Assembly: GCF_009914755.1 (NCBI RefSeq)
Contig: NC_060925.1
DNA length: 64,000 nt
Direction: 5' to 3' (one strand)
DNA from: the human T2T-CHM13v2.0 reference genome, Homo sapiens
The translations under genes and the position numbers were made by a program. The notes beneath the pieces were generated by a model. That model worked only from the letters and a program-made list of their open reading frames with translations. It did no database searches and had not been told where the DNA came from. Positions 25,674 through 38,972 of this stretch are shown one piece after another (positions within the stretch are counted from its first letter, which is position 1; every line of letters starts with the position of its first letter).

Positions 25674-28600
25674 GACAGACCATCATTCCTGATGAACATA
25701 GATGCAATAATCATCAACAACATACTAACAAGCTGAATTTAACAACACTTTAAAATGATCCTTCACCATGATCAAGTGGGATTTATCTCAGGGATGAAAG
25801 TGTGGTTCAAAATATATATATCAATATACATAATATATCAAATAATTTGAATCAATAACAAAAATTATATGAAAATTTCAATAGATTCTGAAAGCAAGCA
25901 TTTTGTAAAATTTAACATCCCTCTATAATAAAAGCTCTCAAAAAACCATGTATAGAAGAAACGTACCTCAAAACAGTAAAGGCCATATATAGCTTACCCA
26001 CAGCTAATATACTGAATGGGAAGAAAATTGAAAGACTTTCATTTAAGTTTTGGAACAAAACAATAATGCCTACTACTGACACCACTTTATTCAACATAGT
26101 ACTGGAATTTTTTATCAGACAATTTAGGTGAGAGAAATAAAGGGCATCCAAATAGGAATAAAAGAAATCATATTATCCTTGTTTGCAGATGATATACGCT
26201 TATATTTAAAAAATAACTAAAAACTCCATGAAAAAACTGTTAAAACTGATAAATGAATTTAGTAAAGTTGCAGGATACAAAATAAACATTAAAAATCAGT
26301 AAAGTTTCTATACTCCAACAGCAAAAATTCTGAAAAAAGAACAATACATTTACAATAGGTAAAAAAATACTCAGTAATAACCTTAAAGAAGTAAAAGATC
26401 TCTAGTGAAAACAATAAAAACACTGACAAAAATTGAAAAGGACACACACAAAAATGGAAAGAAATCCATGCTCATGGACTGGAATAATTGTTATTGTTAA
26501 AATGCCTGTACTACGCAAAGTGATCTACAGATTCAATGCACTCTCTATCTGAATGCCAATGACATTCTTCACAGAAATAGAAAAAAAAAATCTTAAAATT
26601 CATATAAAACCACAAAAGACCCTGAACAGCCTAAGCAATCCTGAGCAAAAAGAGCAAAGCGGGAATCATCACGCTACCTGACTTCAAAATCTACTATAAA
26701 CTATAGTAGTCAGAACAGCATGATACTGGCATAAAAACAGACACATAGAACAATGGAATGAACAGAGAACAGAGAAATAAATCTGAACATACACAGCCAA
26801 CCAGTTTTCAGCAAAGGCAACAAGAACATACCACAGGGAAAGGAGAGCATCTTCCGTAAATGATGAAAGGAGAGCATCTTCAATAAACGATGTCAGAAAA
26901 CGAAATGTCCGTATGCAGAAGAATGAAACTACACCCCATCTCTTATCGCATACAAAGATCAACTCAAAATGGATTAAGGACGTAAATGCAACACCTGAAA
27001 CTTTGAAAATCCTTCAACACATTGGTCTGGGTAAAGACTTCTTGGCTGAGACAACAAAACAAAAACAACAAAAACAAAAACAATGCAAAAAAGTAAAAGA
27101 CAAGTGGAATTATGTCAAGCTAAAACCTTCTGCACAGCAAAGGAAATAATCAACAAAGTGAAGAGAGACAACATCTACAATGGGAGAAAATATCTGCAAA
27201 CTATTCATCAGACAAAAGATTAATAACCAGAATATATAAGGCCCTCAATTCAATAGAAAAAATAATAATTTATCAGAAAAATGGATGAATGGTCTGAATA
27301 TAATAGACATTTTTCAAAAGAAGACAATCACAGGGCTAATAAGAGGTATACAAAAATGCTCAATATCACTAATCATAAGATAAATTAAAATCAAAACTAC
27401 AATGAAATATCATCTCAATCCAGTTAAAAATGGTTATTACCAAAAAAGTCAAAAATTACAGATGCTAGTAAGGATGAGGAGAAAGGGCAATGCTGGTACA
27501 CTGTTGGTGGGAATGTAAATTATTACAGCCACTATGGAAAATAGCATGAGATTCCTCAAAACACTAACAATAAATTTTCCATATTACCCAGCAGTCCCAC
27601 CACTGAGTATATAGCCAAAAGAAAGAAAAAGCAATATATGCAAGACATATGAAGAGTCCTATGTTTATTGCAGCATTTTTCACAATACCCAAGAATTATA
27701 ATCAACTTAAGTGTCCTTCAGTGGATAAATGGATAAAGAAAATGAGATATATATAATATATATGTACATAAAATGTACATAATTCAGCCACAAAAAGAAT
27801 AAAATATGGTCATTTGACGCAACATGAATGGAACTGGATGACATTATATTAAGAGAAATAAGCCAGGCACAAAAAGACAAATATTACATGTTCTCATTCA
27901 TATAAAATCTAAAACAGTTGATCTCGTGGAGGTAAAGAGGTAGAGAGTAGAATGATAGCTACCAGAGGCTGGGAAGCATAGGGGCATGAAAATAGAACTG
28001 AGAGTTTTGTTTAAGCAGTTAGATTAAAAAGAACAAGTTCTAGTGTTCGATAGCACAATAGGGCAACTATAGTTAACAATAATTTATTGTATATTTCACA
28101 ATAGTGAGAAAAGAAGATTTGGGATGCTCTCAACCCAAAGAAATGATGAATGTTTGAGATAATTGTTATAACAGTTACCCTAATTAGATTATTATGCATT
28201 GTATGTATGTTTTAAAATATCACAGTCACCCCATATATATGTGCAATTTTTACATGTCAATGAAAGTTTAGTGAAAATTGTTATTACAAAAATGCCACTA
28301 CTTCATATTAAGTCATGGACCTTGAATTTTCTTTTCTAATGAAGGGACTAGATTTATGATGGTATGTTCACACATTTTCCTTCAAGTCTTACTGAGATCA
28401 AGGACATATTTTTCATGAATTTACTTGTTATATTGAACCATTTCTTGGATAGATTGTCCTGATATTATCTGGAAACACCCTGTTGCATATGTGTTTTGGT
28501 ACATTTATTCACTGAATCTCTGTTATAGGTCTGCATTTGTCTTTTCTGTTTACCACTAGAAGTTGCTTTTTCACAGGTAAGGCTAAAATGACCATACGTG

Positions 28601-30219
28601 CTTCTTTGATTTCACCTTCTGAAATAATTTAACCATCACTAATATAGCATCATTAATTATAGCAGTAAAGGGGTGTAATGCGAAGTACAGTATTTATTCA
28701 GTAGAACTAAAAGAAAACTCAGACTGAATTAGTGAAATGACAGTGGCTATTTGTAGCATAAGTTACATTTATAGGATGCTCCGAATTACAAATAGTAGCT
28801 GTTTAAAATCATATTTATCTTTCAGTTTTTCTTATTCTGCTAACTTTAGGTAAATAAAATACTTGTTTAATTTTTGATTCAAAATAACAGTTGATTCCTC
28901 TTGTTAGAATTAGCTTCTCATTTATTAGAAACTTTGGCAATTTTCAACAGCATTACACAATCGGTCCGTAGATACATGTATGAGATGCCAAATATTTAAT
29001 TTGTTAAAGCTCACAGAATCATGGAAGTTTTATAACTGGACAGGGCATTTGACACCAAAGCCAAACTCTTCATTTTTTATAAGGGCTAAAGGAGATAACC
29101 TGTCCAAACTAGCTAATAATGAAAATTCTACTACAGAGAAGTGTGCATTAATTTAAAAGCTTTTCCAGCATAGTCTGTTATTAATTCTGTAGAAAACAGC
29201 AGGGTAGAATACCTGTAAAAGTTTTAACAACTTTTTTTTTAATCACCATACTTTCTTAAAATAAAATTAATATTTAATTAACAAACTTTAGCAGTTCAGA
29301 ATATCAATGAAACTTTATATTTAAATAATTCAGTTTTCATTTCTTAGCATTTTAGGCTTCATTGAAGCATAGCAGTGAAAGGATTTTCTATATTTATGGT
29401 GTGTGCTTTTCTGTCTCCAGGTTGCATTTGCTTCTGCTCTGAATTTCCACATTTTTGTTTGTCTTAAAGCTATTCTTGTAATACTTATTTAACATATTGA
29501 ACCTAATAATAGAGGCATGTGGATCTATACTTGAGTAAAGACAATGGAATGGAGCTCATAGCTGAAATTTTATTCCAATCATTTTACAAATAAAGTAGTA
29601 AAACTTCCAAGTAAATATAAAAGTTGGCAAACATACCTATATAAAACATGCACTTGTTATCTATCATGCCATGATATGCTTTCTTTTATAATTAAAATTT
29701 TAATTAACTATCATGTATTATAAAAATACAGATAAAAATAATGATATGGAAGCCCCTTTTCTAGTTATTTGACACTGTTATTTTGATATTCATGTACCCT
29801 TTATTATTAATTTTGAATACTTACCAATTTACAATGCTATCTGAACTTGGAGAGATATTTTTATAAGTCCAACTAATTTTGGCTAAGTGTATACTATATT
29901 TTTTCAAGGATTCCTAATCAATTTTTGTTTTAAAAAGGCATCAACTGATGATTTAGTCTCTAGGATGTATCATGCTGAGGTGGAGAATGTACTACTGGAG
30001 TAGTGTTTCTACTCAAACAGAATCATTTATTCACAAAGACTCATTATTACAAGTAATCGAAGGCAACAGTGCCTTAATTGTTTTGAAAATACAGTTTCTT
30101 TCTCCTAAAAATGTGATTTCCATAACTGTTTTAAGGAATATGTTTTCACAATCTCACAGACATTTTCAAGTCTGATCAAATAGACTACTAAATCTGTCCA
30201 TTTCCAGTCATTGATGGAT

Positions 30220-30220
<1 letters not shown>

Positions 30221-30252
<32 letters not shown>
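30221..30252. repeat. (GT)n microsatellite
   Basis: ~16 GT units. Confidence 0.97.
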
Positions 30253-30254
<2 letters not shown>

Positions 30255-30737
30255 GAGTAAAGGGTTGTACACAATGAGGAGAGAGAATTTTTTTTACAAC
30301 TCTATTATTTTCCTAAATTTAGTTTTCTACACTTTTTACCTTTTAAGCTATTGTATTTGATTACTTTAAATTTAGATTCTTAAAATAAATTCAGGTTATC
30401 AATTTATAAATACAAGAATTATGCAGAATTGTCCTTAATTTTATATATTGCCTCTTTTCTACTTGTAATTTTACTTATTCCTAATTATACCTATTTGTAT
30501 ATTTTCTTGAATATATTTTTCAGAAGTTTATTTTGTCCTTAATCTTGAAAATATATGCCTTAGTTAAAAGAAGATACAGTGTGAATGGTGATAAAAAATA
30601 TTGTTTCATATAATTTTGTGATTTGACATCTGAAACTATTAAATGTAAAATTTCCTTTGGGTTATAACTGTAACTATTTCAAATATTAATGTATGCTGAG
30701 TTCTTTCTTTTCTTTGAAGGAATTCCATAATATTTGA

Positions 30738-31071
<334 letters not shown>

Positions 31072-31561
31072 TGTTTACTGAGTTTTTTACTTTTCCCATC
31101 AGTGAACAAAGCAGCTGTTTCTGGTATATAAAATCACAACACAGCAGTTTGGGACAGCAAAGGAAATCTACTATAGTTAAACGAAACCACATAGGGGTTT
31201 AGGTAGACTGAATGTCATTACCCAAGGTGGAATATTCCCAGCCTGGCAACACTAATGTCTATAATCCTGAAAATTCTCTGTGATCTGGAATGGATTCAAT
31301 TGGTTGTCTCTAGTTTGCCCTCTTTAAACTTGCTTATTCGGTTCTAAGGTGCGATATTATGATGTTAAAAATTATTCAGAATAAAAATACTTTTTGTTTT
31401 CACAAAGTATTTGCTACAAAAATCCAAAGCAAATAATGGAGGCATAAGATATCATTTTTCAATTTCTAAAGCAATTTTTCAGGAGAAAATATAACTTGGT
31501 GGTTTGAGTCATATTTACCATAAGCTAATAGGACTTTTAGAATACATAAATTAATTTTTAA

Positions 31562-31847
31562 TTTTTTTTTGAGGCAGAGTCTTACTCTGTCACCCAGGCT
31601 GGGGTGCAGTGGCGTGATCTTGGCTCATTGCAACCTCCGCCTCCCGCTTTCAAGCAATTCTCCTGCCTCAGCCTCACGAGTAGCTAGGATTACAGGCACC
31701 TGCCACCAAAGTCGGCTAATTTTTGTATTTTTAGTAGAGACAGTATTTCACCATGTTGGCCAGGCCGGTCTGGAACTCCTAACCTCGTGATCCCTCCTCG
31801 GCCTCCCAAAGTACTGGAATTACAGGTGTGAGCCACTGCACCTGGCC
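31562..31847 (-). mobile_element. AluS
   Basis: Full antisense Alu; degraded TSD at(a/g)aattaat. Confidence 0.93.
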
Positions 31848-33736
31848 TATATGAATTAATGTTTTTAAGTGTATGAATACTTTCAAATATTTTTCAGAGG
31901 GGTAATTAAAATGATATTGATGCTCTTAGAGTACAAACACTGTGATTCAGTAGAAGTTAGAGTGCCATGGCACTTTCTTCCTACACAGCTCATGATAGCA
32001 ATTCGATATGCAGTTATTTTATTTTGGAATGGAAAAGGCTGCCAACTTAAAAGACAATCTCGTTTCAATGTTGGAGAATTAAGTATGCTGGGGGCTCTTA
32101 TTACAGTGATAGCTAGAAAATATTAACGTTACAATTTTGATAAAATGTCATAAATAGGCTACTCTTGATCCAATTTTAACAGATACGTCTAAGATACAGA
32201 GTACCATTTTCCTCTTATTGACAAGGAGAACCGAGCAACCTCTCAATAGGCAAGCGTAGTCTTACATGTTTATAACTCATATTCTAATGAGAAAAGATGA
32301 ATTATAGCAGAAGTAAGAGTGAGGTTACACAACAAGGACACTATGACTAAATTTCCCTTTTATTCAGGAAATTCTGAGTTGTTGTGTACCCTTGAAGTTT
32401 TTATTTGTCCCCTGTTCTTTCTAGGTTCAATTCTTGTTCTAGTTAGCTAGTCTGCTTTATTCTTTCTGCTCTCAAGTCTTTGCAAAGGGAATAATAGCAG
32501 TTGTGATATAATGCAGAGGATTTCAGACTCTCATTCAAGCAAGAGAAACGCTTTTTCTCCCCTAAACAAAGCTTATTTAAAATGCGATGTAAACCATAGT
32601 GAAATAAGAACCCAAGTCATCCTCTGCTTAGCCTTCCATTTCTCCTTTCCATAGCCTTTTATGAACCCTGAAAAGGGAATCAATTGTCCCTAGTAATCAA
32701 GAAAACACTGTATTTTGGTTTATTTTAAAGCAGAATCCTTTCCTGCAGCTAATTGCACTATTTAAATATACTTTTGAAAAAATTTATTCATTAACCTTTA
32801 TCTATTCACATAGATGATGCGTTGGGTGAGGGTCATACATTTTGTGTTAAATAAAGTGTGGCACTATAGCTAAACAAGTATGACACATTTTATGGGGAAT
32901 TTATTTATACCATACCAACTGGCTATTTGGAAATGTCTGCCTTTGAGTGACTATGAACAGAGAATTGAAATGCCATTTTAGTCTGCAGCTTCACCTTTAC
33001 CATTAGGGATCTCTAGTTATGACAAATAGAAGGACCTTGCTAGGTCAGATTGATTGACAGTTGGAGACATCACTACTTAAAACCGTGTCATCCATATATT
33101 CCTCTCTAATGCATAGTACGATGATAACGCACTTAAAACCATCCTATTTCATGTAACTGCTGGAAGTGAGCTTCAATACGCATTTCTACTTTACATGATT
33201 TAAACGAATTGTATATACCATCAATAAAGAGCATATTTTAATTTTTAGACAGTGAAACATTGCTATGATAACATATTGTCGAAATAAATTTGCAGTAAAA
33301 AATCAAAATCAGAATTAATAATATTGTATCAAGGATTCAAACTCTAAAATGACATTTTCATTTAGAGTTGAGATGGAATCTTGGGGTTTGGTATTATCTC
33401 ATGCATGTGTTCTATTCAGTAGTATGGAATAGGTAGACAAATTTAATAAAGCAATGACCCTAGAATCGAATCCTTTGATGAATGACATTTGAGATTTATT
33501 ACCTATTCCCTCTTCTTTTTGATCCACATTCACTTCTGCCATTTTTAAAGTGATGTCCCCATTTATAGAGCAAATAGAACAGATTTGATTTGGCCTTTTT
33601 CTATGCTAAGTGATTTTATATCAACTGATGAAATGTCATTAATCATCAGAGAAATGCAAATCAAAACAACAATGAAGTACCATCTTACACCTGTCAGATG
33701 GCTATTATTAAAAAGTTTTTAAAAAAAACGATGCTG

Positions 33737-34077
<341 letters not shown>

Positions 34078-34544
34078 CTATATACTCTTGATGGGAATGC
34101 AAATTAGTTAAGTCACTGTGGAAAGCAGTTTCAAGATTTCTCAAAGAACTAAGAGTTGAACTACCATTTGTCTCAGCAATTCCATGACTGGATATATACC
34201 CGAAAGAAAACAAATAATTCTACCTAAAAGACATATGCATTTGTGTGTTTCTTACAGCACTAGTCACAATAGCAAAGACATGAAATCAAGATACCTAGGT
34301 ACCCAACAGCAGTGGACTGGATAAAGAAAATATGATACATATACACCATGGAATAGTATGCAGGCATAAAAAGGGACAAATCATGTCCTTTGCAGCAACA
34401 TGGATGCAGCTGAAGGCCATTATCCTAACCAAATTAATGCAGAAACAGAAAAGGAAATATCACATGTTTTAACTTATAAATGGGAGCTAAACATTGGACA
34501 TGAAGGTGGCAACATTAGAAACTGGGGACTACTAGTGGTGGGAT

Positions 34545-35930
34545 TGGGAGGTGACAGCGTGCCTGCAATCCTCAAAGCCCTCACTCGCTCTGGGTGCCTC
34601 CTCTGCCTGGGCTCCCAATTTGGCGGCGCTTGAGGAGCCCTTCAGCCCACCGCTGCACTGTGGGAGCCCCTTTCTGGGCTGGCCAAGGCCAGAGCCGGCG
34701 CCCTCAGCTTGCAGGGAGGTGTGGAGGGAGAGGCACGAGCGGGAACCGGGGCTGAGCGCCGCGCTTGCAGGCCTGCTGGAGTTCCCGGTGGGCGTGGGCT
34801 TGGCGGGCCCTGCACTTGGAGCAGCCGGCCGGCCCTGCCGGCCCCGGGCAACGAGGGGCTTAGCACCCAGGCCAGCGGCTGTGGAGGGTGTACTGGGTCC
34901 CCCAGCAGTGCCAGCCCACCAGCGCTGCGCTCGATTTCTCACCGGGCCTTAGCTGCCTTCCAGCGGGGCAGGGCTCAGGACCTGCAGTCCGCCATGCCTG
35001 AGCCTCCCACCCCTTCTGTGGGCTCCTGTGTGGCTGAGCCTCGCCGATGAGCGCCGCCCCCTGCTCCATGGCGCCCAGTCCCATTGACCACCCAAGGGCT
35101 GAAGAGTGCGGGTGCAGGGCGCAGGACCCAGGCAGCTCCACCTGCAGCCCTGGTGCGGGATCCACTAGGTGAAGCCAGCTGGGCTCCTGAGTCTGGTGGG
35201 GACCTGGAGAACCTTTATGTCTAGCTCAGGGATTGTAAATACGCCAATCAGCACCCTGTGTCTAGCTCAGGGTTTGTGAATGCACCAATGGACACTCTGT
35301 ATCTAGCTACTCTGGTGGGGACTTGGAGAACCTTTGTGTCCACACTGTGTATCTAGCTAATCTGGTGGGGACGTGGAGAACCTTTGTGTCTAGCTCAGGG
35401 ACTGTAAACGCACCAATCAGCGCCCTGTCAAAACAGACCATTAGGCTCTACCAATCAGCAGGATGTGGGTGGGGCCAGATAAGAGAATAAAAGCAGGCTG
35501 CTGGAGCTAGCAGTGGCAACCCACTCCGGTCCCCTTCCACACTGTGGAAGCTTTGTTCTTTTGCTCTTTGCAATAAATCTTGCTACTGCTCACTCTTTGG
35601 GTCCACACTGCCTTTATGAGCTGTAACACTCACTGTGAAGGTCTGCAGCTTCACTCCTGAAGCCAGCGAGACCATGAGCCCACCGGGAGGAAGGAACAAC
35701 TCAAGACACGCCGCCTTAAGAGCTGTAACACTCACGGTGAAGGTCTGCAGCTTCACTCCTGAGCCAGCAAGACCACGAACCCACCAGAAGGAAGAAACTC
35801 CAAACACATCCGAACATCAGAAGGAACAAACTCCAGAAGCGCCAACTTAAGAGCTGTATCACTCACTGCAAGGGTCTGCGGCTTCATTCTTGAAGTCAGT
35901 GAGACAAAGAACCCACCAGTACCGGACACA
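34545..35930 (+). mobile_element. Solo LTR12C (ERV9/HERV9 LTR)
   Basis: tgggaggtgacagcgtg...ccggacaca termini; 4-bp TSD GGAT (34541-34544 / 35931-35934); GC-rich U3, tctagct repeats, U5 gtaacactcac repeats. Confidence 0.95.
35200..35580 (+). promoter_or_regulatory. ERV9 LTR enhancer repeats and core promoter
   Basis: Four CCAAT boxes (~35244, 35285, 35414, 35451), AGATAAG GATA site (~35477), AATAAAA TATA-like box (~35486), AATAAA at ~35572; the layout is the established LTR12 promoter, but activity at this copy is not shown. Confidence 0.7.
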
Positions 35931-37110
35931 GGATTAGAGGCAAGAACTGAAAAACCAATTACTGGGTCCTATACTCAGTACCAAGGTGACAGAATCATTG
36001 TTACCTCAAACCTCAGCATCGCACAATAGAGCCAGGTAATAAGCCTGTACATGTGCCCCCTGAATTTAAAATAAAAGTTAAAAAAAGAAAGGAAAAGAAA
36101 AATTGTCTTCTTCCCTTGCATGTAGAGAAAAAACTCATGTCTGCCTTACATTTACAGAAGATTGTAAACCCCTAGTGGAAATGAAACCTTCTGTGTATTA
36201 ATCATCTCAAATATCTAATAAAATGACACATATATAAACAAAAAAGAGAGATGAGTTTCTGACAATTTATTCTTAGCTTGAGTGGTTTCATTAGTTACAT
36301 ATCCAACACTGGAAAGAGGATAAGATATCTGGGAGAACAACATGATAATTGTTTTAAAAACTCATCTCAATATTTGGACCAATGGAAAACATGTCATCAG
36401 CTTCATTGACACTAACCAGATTCTTATAATAATGATCTAAACTATAGTGTACTGCTTTCTCTAGTCTGCTAATTTTAATTGAAATGGAAATTCTGTGTTA
36501 GTATACTCATTTTTTTTACATTAGATTTTGATTTGTGTGTGTTCTAATTTTTTTTTTTTTACTCTATGAGGAGAAATGTGTGTGTATTTGGACATGCTAT
36601 GGTTTACACACACTCCTTCAAATAAATAGTTGGAAGTTTGGAAAATTTCCATGCAACACTAAATCCATTATTGGTTGGTATTTGTAGTACTCATGTTTTA
36701 TGAAAATAACTTTGACTTACATTAACATGTTTGATATGTACTTCGTGCAGAATATATTTATCTTTCTTAAATTTGAATTACATTTAGTTACACAATATCA
36801 TCAGAAATTTAGGTAAGCTTATTATTTTAAACATTTTAATGCAGAATATTTGTTGTTTTCTTATAATTTAAGTTTCAAAAGAAAGGTATAAAGAATACAG
36901 AGACATTCTTATTTTTATTTATCTTTTACATGAAGGAGATTTCTTGGAGTTTTCTCTTTGTTTATGAAGTTGCAAAGTTTTGATTTTTAAAAAATTTATC
37001 AAGATCTATCTGATGGATGTTACATTTGGGAGATTGGAAATACAAGTGTCTGTTTAGTCTTTTTGATTGGTTTGTTTTTTGCTTTACCATTCAATAAATT
37101 GAGAACTCAC

Positions 37111-37237
37111 CACGTTTCAAGGGACTAATTTTGTCCAAATAAATGTATTGAATCTGCTGCTAGAGAGACCAGCGGATGTGAACACTTCATTGAGCCTGTG
37201 GGGAACAGCTCCCTGCTGAGCCTTTATAGAAGAACAA
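37111..37237 (-). other. Candidate 127-nt non-coding exon
   Basis: Minus strand: tttgac branch-like motif, long pyrimidine tract ...ttccattcttctttaaacag| and donor GTG|GTGAGT; stops in all three frames. Confidence 0.35.
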
Positions 37238-38477
37238 CTGTTTAAAGAAGAATGGAAAGTAGAACAGACACAAAGTCAAAAGACAAATGTGCAGACTCCT
37301 GCTTTTAATGGTATTCAAGGGTTTAGCAAGCCATTAACTTTAGTGCTGTGGAATTGCTGAAAGTAAGATTTAAAAATAAAAACTTGTGGTTATCTAGGGA
37401 CTAAGTTACTGAGGGATCCAGAAAGACAGTTTGCTATTGGAGGGGACCTCCAAGCATGGAAGGTCAGAGTCAAGTGAAAAGAAATATGGAAATGGTAATT
37501 TATTCCCCTTCTAAAACTAGTGGCTATTGCCAACAGTGAGGATAAGTAGGTTGGTAAATCATTGGTGTTTAAATATTCAAGAAGACACATTGTCCATATT
37601 TATAGCGGTCTCAAATTTTCTTTTATTTAATAAAGAAGATTGTTTTCACAGAAATAAACTATCAGCAGTTATTAAGGATGAAAAGTTGTGAACATTATTG
37701 GAGATTTGATTATCAATCACTGGGGAAAATACCCCATGAAATACCATATATTATGCTGCAAAGTACCTATTTCTGGTACACTCCACATCCTGAAGAATGA
37801 CTAAGCTTGGTATCTAATTCATCAGTACCTCCTATGGCTTATTTTATCTTTCATTCTCCATCTCTCCCTTGTAAATTTTCAAACAGCATACAGAGCCAGA
37901 AATCTTGTTCTTTTGAAGTTGAGACATCTAATTCTAATACTAGGGTTGCCATCAAATTTTCTACTTATCAGGTATGCCCTTAGTATTTTTAATTTCTAAA
38001 ACATGGAAAGAGATCTGATTTTCCTTTAATAAAAATTAAATTTAAATCTGCTATTCATAAAGTACAGGAAGAAATTATATCTAGGTTTGATTAATTAGCG
38101 ATGAAGATGATTTGTTATAAATCTTTGCCTGTAATTCTTCATGTAAAAAAATTGACCTGAAGCCAAGTTATCAGCAAGAATTCAATGCTCTTTACTGTTG
38201 TACTTATTTGAAGCTAAGTCTTGGATTGAAGCCACCGATGAAAAAGCTGTTGTACATGGCTCATGATGGAAGGGCGTACCGCAGACAATAGGGACACTTG
38301 GATCCTATCATGAAGGTGAATGTGAAGTCACGGGACAGAAATGAAGAAAATGGACTTAATGCCTGCTAGGTGTCTGATATTTTCATAAACACTAACCCTC
38401 TTAATCCAAATTAAATGCCTCTCAAATACTAAGAAAACAATATCACATGTGACTCATAATAGCCTAAAATATGTATT

Positions 38478-38685
38478 CTAGAGTCAGACTGACTACTTCA
38501 GTTTGGATCTATTCTATCCTAGTAGTTATGTGAGGTTGAGCAAAATACTTATTTTTATGTGCCTATTTCCTCCTTTGTGAAATAGTAACTATAAGGTTTA
38601 TTTGTGTTAAAGTAGTTAATACTTGTAGGGCTTTTAGAAGAATGCCAAACTAATAAGCGATAAGCAAGTGTTTGCTACTATTATA
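38478..38685 (+). mobile_element. MIR SINE
   Basis: ctagagtcagactg..tgtgaggttgagcaaaatactt..tatttcctcctttgtgaaat..tttgctactattat. Confidence 0.7.
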
Positions 38686-38932
38686 AATAGAGAATACAGA
38701 TGTAATATCACAAAGCACTGCCTCATATCTTATAACTTTAAAAAGATGCTATCCAGTCATATTTTGCAAGCAAATGTAGCTAATGTAAGATTAATGAGAA
38801 TCAATAAAATATTTATTTTGAGTAAAATGATATTTGTAAAATTATTTTCAGCATTACAAAATAACGTATTTGTGATTAACCTAATTATCAGTTGCAGCAA
38901 GGCATGATATTGATGAAACACCTAAACAACTG

Positions 38933-38972
38933 ACTTTTCAATTGCATTCTTACTTTTCAATTGCATTCTTAC
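38933..38972. repeat. Perfect 19-bp tandem duplication
   Basis: acttttcaattgcattctt x2. Confidence 0.95.

Larger units (their letters stand above)
20795..28265 (+). mobile_element. Near full-length decayed LINE-1 (L1MA-type): 5'UTR, ORF1 (~21.6-22.6 kb), ORF2 (~23.1-27.9 kb), 3'UTR; contains a THE1 LTR and two Alus
   Basis: 5' caagatggtggaa start; collinear ORF1/ORF2 remnants including the RT motif tttgcagatgat (FADD) at ~26182; L1MA-type 3'UTR; many stops and frameshifts. Confidence 0.9.

Noticed and set aside
32226-32255. 24-nt microexon with a GC donor
   Set aside because: Needs both a rare AAG acceptor and a GC donor; too weak without data
34400-35850. Overlapping 70-136 aa ORFs
   Set aside because: GC-rich LTR12C sequence that is open in several frames; not genes
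35200-35880. Spaced direct repeats that resemble an array
   Set aside because: Known ERV9 U3 and U5 subrepeats; not CRISPR-like
38214-38320. Possible plus-strand exon ending GAAG|GTGAAT
   Set aside because: Weak acceptor, mediocre donor, stops in all frames
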